Source: Caulobacter sp. (lineage in GTDB: Bacteria; Pseudomonadota; Alphaproteobacteria; Caulobacterales; Caulobacteraceae). From it: a stretch of 64,000 nt of DNA. The notes under the pieces were generated by a model, which did no database searches, was not told the origin of the DNA, and saw only the letters and a program-made list of their open reading frames with translations. The stretch spans positions 5,090 through 69,089 of the forward strand of contig JAUXMY010000018.1 in the NCBI GenBank assembly GCA_030683005.1, in the 5' to 3' direction. Below, piece by piece: positions 1 to 9,798 of the stretch (position 1 is the stretch's first letter; each line of letters begins with the position of its first letter). Made by a program: the position numbers and the translations under genes.

Positions 1-1
1 C

Positions 2-352
2 GCGCTGCAGCCGGACGAGGACATCTCGCTGACGGTGATGAACAAGCGCCCGGGCCTTGGCGAGGTGCGGCTGCAGGCCCTGCCGCTGTCGCTGAGCCTG
101 ACCCGGACCCTGGGCGAGGATGGCGGCCGGCGGCGGATCGCCTACGAGCGGCTGCTGCTCGACGCGCTGCGCGGCGACCAGACGCTGTTCGTGCGCCGCG
201 ACGAGGTCGAGGCGGCCTGGACCTTCGTCGATGGCGTCGCTGACGCCTGGATGGAAGCGGGCATGGCGCCCAGACCCTATCCGGCCGGCTCCTGGGGGCC
301 GGCCGGCGCCTTCGCGCTGATCGAGCGCAGCGGGCGGGCGTGGAATGACTGA
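2..352 (+). CDS. zwf: glucose-6-phosphate 1-dehydrogenase, C-terminal end only (5' part lies upstream of the window)
   Basis: The open frame runs from the window edge. The C-terminal peptide YERLLLDALRGDQTLFVRRDEVEAAW...PYPAGSWGP is typical of G6PD. It is followed by pgl and edd, and its stop overlaps the pgl ATG (ATGACTGA). Confidence 0.85.
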   Translation, partial: ALQPDEDISLTVMNKRPGLGEVRLQALPLSLSLTRTLGEDGGRRRIAYERLLLDALRGDQTLFVRRDEVEAAWTFVDGVADAWMEAGMAPRPYPAGSWGPAGAFALIERSGRAWND

Positions 353-1037
353 CCGCTACATGATCGAGGCCTATGCCGATGCGTCGGAGGCCTCGCGCGC
401 GGCGGCGGAGGCCATCGCCGACTGGCTGGTCGCCGGCCTGGCCGAGGATGACAAGGCGAGCTTCATCGCCACCGGGGGCACGTCGCCGGGCGAGGTCTAC
501 GACCTGCTCTCGACCCTGCCGCTGCCGTGGGAGCATGTCAGCGTCACCCTGTCTGACGAGCGATGGGTCGCGCCGGACTCGCCTGACTCCAATTCAAGGC
601 TCCTGCGGGAGCGACTGCTGGTCGGCGAGGCGGCGCAGGCCAACTTCGTGCCGCTGTGGTCGAACGCCCCGACCGCCGAGGACGCCGCCGAGGCCGCCGA
701 GGCGGCGGTGGCCGAACTGCTGCCGGCCGATGTCGTGCTTCTGGGCATGGGCGAGGACGGCCACATCGCCTCGCTGTTTCCGGGCAGCCCGGTGCTGGAG
801 GAGGGGCTCGACCCGCTGGGCGGCAGCCTGGTCATCGCCGCGCCGAAGGGGGCGCCCGCGCCGCCCCAGGATCGCCTCAGCCTGACGCTATACGCGTTGC
901 GACAATCCTATCTGATCCTCGTGCTGATCCGCGGCGAGGCCAAGCGGCGGGTGATCGAGGACGGCGCGGGTCTGCCGATCCACGCCCTGCTTGACGCCGT
1001 CGGCGAGACGCCGGTCCGCATCATCTGGTCGCCCTAG
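345..1037 (+). CDS. pgl: 6-phosphogluconolactonase
   Basis: 230-aa ORF with GGTSPGEVY and [17 protein letters not shown] motifs. It sits between zwf and edd. The start could instead be the internal Met at 360. Confidence 0.85.
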   Translation: MTDRYMIEAYADASEASRAAAEAIADWLVAGLAEDDKASFIATGGTSPGEVYDLLSTLPLPWEHVSVTLSDERWVAPDSPDSNSRLLRERLLVGEAAQANFVPLWSNAPTAEDAAEAAEAAVAELLPADVVLLGMGEDGHIASLFPGSPVLEEGLDPLGGSLVIAAPKGAPAPPQDRLSLTLYALRQSYLILVLIRGEAKRRVIEDGAGLPIHALLDAVGETPVRIIWSP

Positions 1038-1054
1038 CCCGAAAGGAGACGCCC

Positions 1055-2857
<1,803 letters not shown>

Positions 2858-2892
2858 GCGACGCTCCGCCTGCGGCGAACCGCCACGTCGAA

Positions 2893-2919
2893 CCGGGCCG
2901 GGCGCCGGGCCCGGCCCGG
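2893..2919 (+). terminator. GC-rich hairpin downstream of edd (CCGGGCCGGG-7 nt-CCCGGCCCGG), no U tract
   Basis: A perfect 10-bp stem read directly from the sequence, 36 nt after the edd stop. The lack of a T run makes terminator function uncertain. Confidence 0.35.
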
Positions 2920-3419
2920 GCCCTCCTGATCAACGATAACCCTGTCGTCATGACAACCGCCGCCCGAAAACCTTGCCCCTGCAAGGCTTTGAGGGGCAAT
3001 TTCCGTCCGCTGCGGCGCCGACGTTTCAGCGCTGCAATAGTTGGACGGCCTGACGTAACATCGGTTGACGCGGGGTCAGATCATACCGCATCATCGAATT
3101 CTGTAGGCCGTCCGGAATTGCTGCGTCCACGTACAGTTGCGGTCGCATCGCCGGGGACGGCGCAACGAGTGTTGTGGGGGCTGGTTGACGCGGATCGCGG
3201 TAACCCTTTCCGGACCTGACCAGCGGGCGGCTTTCGCCCGCGCGCCCCTGTCATGCTCCAACACCTCGACAAAATCATCCGCGACGCCCGCCGGGCGAGC
3301 GGCTGACGACCGTGTGTCCGCGACCGCCGAAGGGGGGCCGTAGACGCTCACGATAAACCGTCGCGACCGTCCTCAAACAAAAAAGGCGGCGCGGCACAGG
3401 GAACAACAGGGAGGGTAGT

Positions 3420-6354
3420 ATGCGAAGAGTTGGCTATCTGGCCGGGGGGGTCCGCCCTCGCCATCGCGCTTTCATTGGGTCTGTCATCGACGGCCCTGGC
3501 GCAGGAACCTACGGAAGTCGAAGCCGTCATCGTCACCGGGTCGTTGATCCGCGGGACTCCCGAGAACGCCGCGCTGCCGGTTGACGTGATCGGGGCCGAG
3601 GAACTGGCCAGGCAGGGCTCGCCCACCACCGTCGACCTGATCAAGAGCCTGTCGGTGTCCAACGGCGTGCTGGGCGACACCAACCAGTTCGACTCCCGCG
3701 CCCAGGGCTCGGAAGGCTCGGGCTCGGTCAACCTGCGCGGCCTCGGCCCGACGCGGACGCTGGTGCTGATCAACGGCAAGCGGATGACGATCAACCCGTT
3801 CGCCCTGGCCGGCGCCGGCGCGGTCGACACCAATGTCATCCCGGTGGCGGCCATCGGCCGGATCGAGGTGCTGAAGGATGGCGCGGCGGCGACCTACGGC
3901 TCCGACGCCATCGGCGGCGTGGTCAACTTCATCACCCGCAAGAGCTTCCAGGGCATCGAGGCCAGCGCCTCCTACCGCAACATCGACGGTTCTGACGGCG
4001 ACTACACCTTCAGCGTCATCGGCGGCTGGAACAGCGACCGCGTCAGCGTGATGGTCGCCGCCGGCTTCCAGAGCCGGTCTGAACTGCCGCTGCTTGAGCG
4101 GGACTGGGCCACCCAGCCCTACGAGGTCAACCCGGAAGGCGGCTGGTCGGCCGCGGGCAACCCCTCGACCATCGTCCCGTTGGCCACGTTCGCCACCCAC
4201 CGCGACACAGGCTGCGCCGCGCTCGGCGGCCGCCCCGGTTTCAGCGGCACGACCCCGGTCTGCCAGTGGCAGTACACCGAGTGGGACAACCTGGTCGAAA
4301 AGGAAGAGCGCTGGCAGGTCTATGGCCAGATCGACGTCGACCTGAGCGAAACCACCAAGTTCCATGCCGAAGCCTTCTACTCGAAGACCGAAGTGCCGGA
4401 GTGGAAGACCTCGCCGTCCTACGCCCTGCTGGCCGTGCCGGATCCGGTGACCTCGCCGTTCAACGGCCGCTACTTCGTGCCCAAGGAAAACCCGGGCCTT
4501 ATCCGGTACGGTCTGGATAACCCTGGCCAGAACATGGGCAGCGGCGCCTGGATCGTGGCCAACCGGCCCTACGCCATGGGCGGCAACCCCGCTTTCGACT
4601 ACGGGGCGTCAACCGGCGAGCGGGAGTATGACGCCTATCGTCTGGCCGCCGATCTCAGCGGCACCTTCGACAACGGCATCAACTGGAGCTTCGGCGCCCA
4701 GTACAGCGAGGAGAAGGGCTACCGCTCCGGCTACGACACTGTCGTCGGTCGCTACCAGCTCGCGCTGCGCGGCCTCGGCGGCGCCAACTGCAACGGCATC
4801 GTGGCCGGCCAGCCGGGCTCGACCTGTGAGTGGGCCAACCCGTTCTCGAACGCGATCCCGAGCAATGCCATCACCGGCGTGGCCAACCCGAACTTCCAAC
4901 CGGGCCTGGCCAACAGCGCCGAACTGACCCGCTGGTTCTTCCCCAAGCTTGAAACCGAACAGACCTCCAGCCTGTTCGTCGTCGAGGGGCTGCTGTCGGG
5001 TCAGATCGAAGCGCTGAAAATGGGCGGCGGCAACGCGGCCTGGGCCCTCGGCGTACAGTTCCGCAAGTCCGGGTTCGAGACCTGGTACAACGACATCTCG
5101 AACCGTGAACTCAATCCCTGCCTCAACACGCCGATCAACGGCGATACCGCCTGTCTGGCGCCCCAGGGGCCGTTCGCCTTCCTCGGCGTCGGCGGACCGG
5201 TGGATCTGACCCAGGATGTGCGTTCCGTGTTCGGTGAACTGGTCCTGCCGTTCACCGAAACCTTCAACGCCACCCTGGCGGCGCGGATCGAGGACTACGG
5301 CGGCTCGGTCGGACACACCTTCGACCCGAAGCTGTCGGTCCGCTGGCAGGTCATGGAGCCCTTCGCCCTGCGCGGCTCGATCGGCACCACCTTCCGGGCG
5401 CCGACCGCCGGTCAGGTCAACGGGACCAACTTCGTGACCTCGCTGCAGGCCATTCTCGGCGTGTTCCGCGCCGTGGATATCTACGGCAACTCCGATCTGC
5501 AGCCGGAAACCGCCACCACCTACAGCGTCGGCGCCATCCTGGAGCTTGGCAACTTCAAGGCCACGCTCGACTACTGGAACTTCGACTTCCAGGATCCGAT
5601 CACCACCGAACCGGTGGCCGGCCTGGTCAACTCGGTGTTCCCGGGCGGCGTCGCCAACTGCGCCCATCCGCTGGTTGGACGCTTCACCTTCCAGGCCGGT
5701 ATCTGCTCGGTCGCCAACATCGCCCGCCTGGAGACGCGGACGGTCAATGGCGCGGCGGTTAAAACCTCGGGCGTCGACCTGATCGCCGACTACCGGTTCG
5801 ATGATGTGTTCGGCGGCAGCCTGACCATCGGAACCACCGCCACTTACGTGATCGAGTACACGACCGACGACACCTTCGTAGAAGGCTTCCTGGTGTCGCC
5901 CGGCTTCGACGCGGTGGGTCTGCTGAACTACCAGACGACCGCCTACCCGCTGCCGCAGAAGAAGGGCAACCTGTACTTCGAATGGAACAGCGGGCAGCAC
6001 AACGCCCGGTGGACCATCCGGTACATCGACGGCTACACCGACCAGCGCACCGCGCCGTTCTGTGATGTGCTGCCGCCCGGACCGGCTCCCGCGGGTCGCT
6101 GCGTGACCCCGTACAGGACCACGGTCAGTTCTTCCGACGGCCTGATCGTCACCGCCGGCAAGAATATCGACTCCTTCACCACCCACGACTTCACCTACCG
6201 GGTGTTCCTGCCCTGGGATGTGACCGGCGCCTTCACCGTCGAGAATGTCTTTGACGAGGATCCGCCCTTCGCCCGTCTGGACCTGAACTACGATCCGTTC
6301 ACGGCCAGCGGCCTGGGCCGGAACTGGAAGGTCAGCCTGACCAAGAAGTTCTAG
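3420..6354 (+). pseudogene. TonB-dependent receptor read as a frameshifted gene: the canonical ATG 3420 start is out of frame with the 3430..6354 body across a G7 tract at 3444-3450 (alternative reading of the same locus)
   Basis: ATG 3420 with SD GGAGG 3410-3414 reads MRRVGYLAGG into the G7 tract. Dropping one G continues it as SALAIALSLGLSSTALA/QEP, which is the body frame. As given, the two frames differ by one base. The cause could be a genuine frameshift, a phase-variable state or a homopolymer base-call error. Confidence 0.4.
3430..6354 (+). CDS. TonB-dependent outer-membrane receptor
   Basis: 974-aa ORF with plug motifs (VIVTGSLIRG, NLRGLGP, VLINGKR, EVLKDGAAATYGSDAIGGVVNFITR). It has a signal peptide ending STALA/QEP and a C-terminal ...SLTKKF. 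The TTG start at 3430 is doubtful (see the G7-tract finding); ATG 3420 with SD GGAGG at 3410-3414 is one base out of frame. Confidence 0.9.
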   Translation: MAIWPGGSALAIALSLGLSSTALAQEPTEVEAVIVTGSLIRGTPENAALPVDVIGAEELARQGSPTTVDLIKSLSVSNGVLGDTNQFDSRAQGSEGSGSVNLRGLGPTRTLVLINGKRMTINPFALAGAGAVDTNVIPVAAIGRIEVLKDGAAATYGSDAIGGVVNFITRKSFQGIEASASYRNIDGSDGDYTFSVIGGWNSDRVSVMVAAGFQSRSELPLLERDWATQPYEVNPEGGWSAAGNPSTIVPLATFATHRDTGCAALGGRPGFSGTTPVCQWQYTEWDNLVEKEERWQVYGQIDVDLSETTKFHAEAFYSKTEVPEWKTSPSYALLAVPDPVTSPFNGRYFVPKENPGLIRYGLDNPGQNMGSGAWIVANRPYAMGGNPAFDYGASTGEREYDAYRLAADLSGTFDNGINWSFGAQYSEEKGYRSGYDTVVGRYQLALRGLGGANCNGIVAGQPGSTCEWANPFSNAIPSNAITGVANPNFQPGLANSAELTRWFFPKLETEQTSSLFVVEGLLSGQIEALKMGGGNAAWALGVQFRKSGFETWYNDISNRELNPCLNTPINGDTACLAPQGPFAFLGVGGPVDLTQDVRSVFGELVLPFTETFNATLAARIEDYGGSVGHTFDPKLSVRWQVMEPFALRGSIGTTFRAPTAGQVNGTNFVTSLQAILGVFRAVDIYGNSDLQPETATTYSVGAILELGNFKATLDYWNFDFQDPITTEPVAGLVNSVFPGGVANCAHPLVGRFTFQAGICSVANIARLETRTVNGAAVKTSGVDLIADYRFDDVFGGSLTIGTTATYVIEYTTDDTFVEGFLVSPGFDAVGLLNYQTTAYPLPQKKGNLYFEWNSGQHNARWTIRYIDGYTDQRTAPFCDVLPPGPAPAGRCVTPYRTTVSSSDGLIVTAGKNIDSFTTHDFTYRVFLPWDVTGAFTVENVFDEDPPFARLDLNYDPFTASGLGRNWKVSLTKKF

Positions 6355-6381
6355 ATTTCCTCAGGAAACGATCTGTCCCTT

Positions 6382-6416
6382 GGGGGCGGCCTTCGGGCCG
6401 CCCCCTTTTTCTTTTC
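6382..6416 (+). terminator. intrinsic terminator of the TonB-dependent receptor gene
   Basis: GGGGGCGGCC-TTCG-GGCCGCCCCC followed by TTTTTCTTTTC, 28 nt after the stop codon. Confidence 0.9.
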
Positions 6417-6435
6417 TATATGGGGCCAACAAGCT

Positions 6436-6586
6436 CCCTTCCTCCTCGATGGAGGAAGGGCCGGGGATGGTGGTGTAGCTCCGGTGGCGCGGGGAGGGCG
6501 CGGTGTGGAGCCGGAGCCCTGCCGAGCCCTTCCTTTGACCCAACAGCCACACCACCACCCAACCCTCCTCCATCGAGGAGGAGGGC
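6436..6586. repeat. 151-bp structured palindromic repeat, family A, copy 1
   Basis: Terminal self-complementary units are CCCTTCCTCC-TCGAT-GGAGGAAGGG and CCCTCCTCC-ATCGA-GGAGGAGGG. Internal GGTGGTGGTGT and ACACCACCAC blocks can pair. A second copy lies at 15293-15443. Confidence 0.85.
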
Positions 6587-6627
6587 TTCGCATCGAATCT
6601 GCCAGAGTTCGCCTGCGAGCCCCCACC

Positions 6628-7848
6628 CTACCGGGTGAAAACGCCCAGCAGCAGCGGCCGCGCGAACAGGGCGGCGACTTCGTCCAGCTCGGCAGACGGC
6701 GCCCAGACCTGCAGCGAGGCGGCGGCGTTGATCATCGAGCTCAGCATATGGGCGGCGATCAGCGGATCGACGGGCCGGATCGAGCCTTCGGCGATGCCGT
6801 CCGAGACCATACCGGCGAACCGCTCCGACACGCGGGCGTACCGGTCGACGATGTCGGGCCGGATCTCCTGCGGCAACGCGCCCATCGACGAGGCTCGCAG
6901 TAGCGGGCCGTGGTCGGAAAGCTGATAGTTCACCAAAGCCGCCGCGGCGGCGGTCAGCCGGGTCCACTGGTCGGTCTTCAGGTCGCGGACCGCGAACTGC
7001 ACCGTGCGCATGATGGTGAAGGTGCGCTCGAAGCACTCGACCACCAGGTCATCCTTGGCGTCGTTGTGGTGGTAGAAGCTGCCCTTGGTGACGTTCAGCG
7101 CCGCCGAGATGTCCTCGACCGAAGCGCCGCGATAGCCCTTCTGGTTGATCACCCGGGTGGCGGCGACCAGGAAGGTCTCGCGCGAGACGTCGGTGCTGGC
7201 GGCTTCCGGCGGCGTGGGGTCGGGCAGGGCCGGAGGGTCCCAGGCGCGGGCGCCGACCGCCAGTCCGCCGCAGAGGATGTCGAACATGCGGTCGCGTATG
7301 CGCGGGTAGTCCTCGAGGTCGTACCGCCGCGTCCAGGTCACGGTCCAGAAGGCCTGCTCCAGCAGCAGGTGGGTCCGGGCGGTGGCCTCCAGCCGCGACA
7401 GGCCGGCGAACTCCGGATCGTCGAAGAAGCCGCGGATGGTGCGGAACAGGTCATTGAACGCTGCCGCCACCTGGCCGCGCAGCGGTTCATTGAGGGCGCG
7501 CATCTCGCTGAAGGCGACGATCGGCGCCGCCTCCTTCAGGCGGATCTTCGCCGCCATGTCGAAGAACAGCTCCAGGAACTTCGCCAGCCGGGCCCGCGCC
7601 CCGCTGACCGCGCCGGCCTCCGCCGCCAGGCCGGTGAAGATGTCGATGCCGCGCATGAAGCAGGCGGCCGCCAGGTCGTCCTTCTTGCGATAGTAGTAGG
7701 TCACCGACGTGGTGATCAGCCCGACCTCCGCCGCGACGTCGGCCAGGGTCATGCCCTTGACGCCTTCACGATTGAGGATCGTGGTGGCCGCCGTCAGGAT
7801 GGCTTCCTTCTTGGCGGCGTAACGGGCGGTGGCGGCAGGCGTGCTCAC
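6628..7848 (-). CDS. TetR-family regulator with two tandem TetR units in one chain
   Basis: 406 aa. There are two HTH regions: TLADVAAEVGLITTSVTYYYRKKDDL near the N-terminus, and SVEDISAALNVTKGSFYHHNDAKDDL about 215 residues in. The GTG start overlaps the stop of the upstream ligase gene. Confidence 0.8.
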   Translation of the reverse strand: MSTPAATARYAAKKEAILTAATTILNREGVKGMTLADVAAEVGLITTSVTYYYRKKDDLAAACFMRGIDIFTGLAAEAGAVSGARARLAKFLELFFDMAAKIRLKEAAPIVAFSEMRALNEPLRGQVAAAFNDLFRTIRGFFDDPEFAGLSRLEATARTHLLLEQAFWTVTWTRRYDLEDYPRIRDRMFDILCGGLAVGARAWDPPALPDPTPPEAASTDVSRETFLVAATRVINQKGYRGASVEDISAALNVTKGSFYHHNDAKDDLVVECFERTFTIMRTVQFAVRDLKTDQWTRLTAAAAALVNYQLSDHGPLLRASSMGALPQEIRPDIVDRYARVSERFAGMVSDGIAEGSIRPVDPLIAAHMLSSMINAAASLQVWAPSAELDEVAALFARPLLLGVFTR

Positions 7849-9566
7849 GCGGCGGCGTCTCCGGCGAACACGGCTTTCAGGTCGGACTTCATGATTTTCC
7901 CGTTTGCGTTGCGCGGCAGGGTCTCATGCCAGAACGCGACGCGTACCGGAACCTTGAAAGCGGCCAGGCGGTCGGCGACGAAGGCGCGGAGTTCCTGTTC
8001 GGTGGCGTGGGCGCCCTCCTTGAGGGTCACCACGGCCGCCGGCTCCTCGCCGAGCGTCTTGTGCGGGATGCCGACCAGGGCGGCGTCCATGACGGCGGGG
8101 TGGTCGTAGAGGACGTTCTCGACCTCGATGCAGTAGATGTTCTCGCCGCCGCGGATCAGCATGTCCTTGGCCCGGTCGATGATGAAGCAGAAGCCCTCTT
8201 CATCGAGGCGCGCCAGGTCGCCGGTCTTCACCCAGCCGTCGATGAAGGTCTGGGCCGTGGCCTCCGGCTTGTTCCAGTAGCCCTTCACCACCATCGGCCC
8301 TTTGGCCCATAGCTCGCCGACCTCGCCCACCGGCAGTTCGCGGTGAGGCGCTTCAACGGTCATGATCTTCATCTCGCCGACCGCCGGCGCGGGGCCGCAG
8401 CTGTCGGGGCGATGGACGTAGTCGTCGGAATTGTTGTTGGTGAAGGTGGCGCTGGTCTCGGTCATGCCCCAGCCGTTGCCGGCCGAGGCGTTGGGCCAGA
8501 CCTCCTTGATCCGCCGCACCAGCTCCGGCGCCGAGGGCGCGCCGCCGTAGGTGATGCCGTCGATCGAGCTGAGGTCGAAATCGGCGCGCTGCGGATGTTC
8601 GATCAGCTGCCAGGCTATGGTCGGCACGCCGCCGGTGTTGGTCACCCGCTCGCGCTCGATTAGTTTCATACCCTCCAGCGCGTCCCACTTGCGCATCAGC
8701 ACCAGCTTCCCGCCGTTGTTCAGCGCGGGGCCCAGCGTCGCCGAGCAGCCGGTGACGTGGAACATCGGCACGACCAGCAGCGTCACCCGCTGCGGCGCGC
8801 TCGGGTCCGGAGCCGGCGGGGTCTGACCCCGGCGCAGGAAGGCCCGGGCCAGGGCCGCGCCGCTGGTCAGCACGTTGCTCGTCATCGTTCTGTGCGTGCC
8901 CAGCGCGCCCTTCGGCGTCCCGGTGGTGCCGGAGGTGTAGAAGATCGTCGCGTCGTCATCCGGCGCGAGCGGCATTGTCGGCAGCGGCCGGTCGGGCAGG
9001 TCAGCCCAGGTGTTCGGGGCGCCGATCACCGACTCCAGCCGACGCACGCGCGGGTCGTCGTAGGGATCGTCCTCGCGGCAGACATAGACGCACTCCAGGT
9101 CCGGACAATCCTTCAGATGCTCGGCGATCCGCTCCAGCCGCTCGGGGTCGGTAATGACGATGCGGCTGCCGGAATCGGTCAGGCCGTAGTGCAGCTCCTG
9201 GCCGGTCCACCAGGCGTTCAGAGGCGTGACGATAGCGCCAAGGCTGACGGCGGCGAAGAAGGCGACAGGCCACTCCGGCAGGTTGCGCATGATCAGCGCC
9301 ACCCGGTCGCCCTTGCCGATTCCGTCGGCCGCCAGCCGCTCGGCCAGGACCGCGACGGCCCGGTGGAAGGCCTCGAACGTCACCCGGTCGGTCTCGTGGA
9401 CGATGAACTCGCGGTCCGGAAAGGCCCGGCCGTTGGTCACCATGTCACGCAGGGTCGGTGGGGCGTTCTTCCACACCGTCGTCGGGACGCCCCGGATGAC
9501 GAGGTCTTCGGTCTCGAACCGCGAACCGGGCGCGGTCAGGATCGCGTGCGCCTGGTCGATAGTCAT
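7845..9566 (-). CDS. AMP-dependent acyl-CoA synthetase/ligase
   Basis: Motifs IFYTSGTTGTPKGA, GWGMTET, TGDLARLDEEGF and IIDRAKDMLIRGGENI. The start is set at Met-58 of the 630-aa ORF (MTIDQAH...), because the upstream extension is Arg/Gly-rich with no similarity to this family. Confidence 0.88.
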   Translation of the reverse strand: MTIDQAHAILTAPGSRFETEDLVIRGVPTTVWKNAPPTLRDMVTNGRAFPDREFIVHETDRVTFEAFHRAVAVLAERLAADGIGKGDRVALIMRNLPEWPVAFFAAVSLGAIVTPLNAWWTGQELHYGLTDSGSRIVITDPERLERIAEHLKDCPDLECVYVCREDDPYDDPRVRRLESVIGAPNTWADLPDRPLPTMPLAPDDDATIFYTSGTTGTPKGALGTHRTMTSNVLTSGAALARAFLRRGQTPPAPDPSAPQRVTLLVVPMFHVTGCSATLGPALNNGGKLVLMRKWDALEGMKLIERERVTNTGGVPTIAWQLIEHPQRADFDLSSIDGITYGGAPSAPELVRRIKEVWPNASAGNGWGMTETSATFTNNNSDDYVHRPDSCGPAPAVGEMKIMTVEAPHRELPVGEVGELWAKGPMVVKGYWNKPEATAQTFIDGWVKTGDLARLDEEGFCFIIDRAKDMLIRGGENIYCIEVENVLYDHPAVMDAALVGIPHKTLGEEPAAVVTLKEGAHATEQELRAFVADRLAAFKVPVRVAFWHETLPRNANGKIMKSDLKAVFAGDAAA

Positions 9567-9798
9567 GGCGGGCCAGGAAGTCACGCGGCCTCCCTGTGCG
9601 GTCGAGCGACCATCCTGTCGGGTGTCTCCGGATACCCGGCGCCAGTCTCGAAATCCCAGGCCATTTCGCTCCCTCGATCGGCGCTCTCCCGGAGCGCCCT
9701 GCTTCGCAGGTCGGGTATCGACGCCCGGCCGGCTCACCCTCTGATTTAAGGGGGTGGTGAAGTGAGATGCAATCGGTTCGAAGCCTGAGTATGTGAAT

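Noticed and set aside
2858-3419. Possible riboswitch (cobalamin, TPP and the like) in the long leader of the TonB-dependent receptor.
   Set aside because: I could not find a B12 box, a TPP (CUGAGA) core or any other recognisable conserved riboswitch core by eye. The leader is kept only as a low-interest finding without a class assignment.
6351-6626. ORFs encoding peptides such as PPRWRKGRGWWC / PSIEEEG, found at 6351-6638 and 15290-15490.
   Set aside because: They are translations of the family A palindromic repeat in several frames on both strands. The same peptide strings recur only because the DNA repeat recurs.
9567-9798. A possible operator for the double TetR regulator in the spacer upstream of the ligase gene.
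   Set aside because: I looked for a clear dyad or direct repeat and saw none convincing by eye, so no site is reported.
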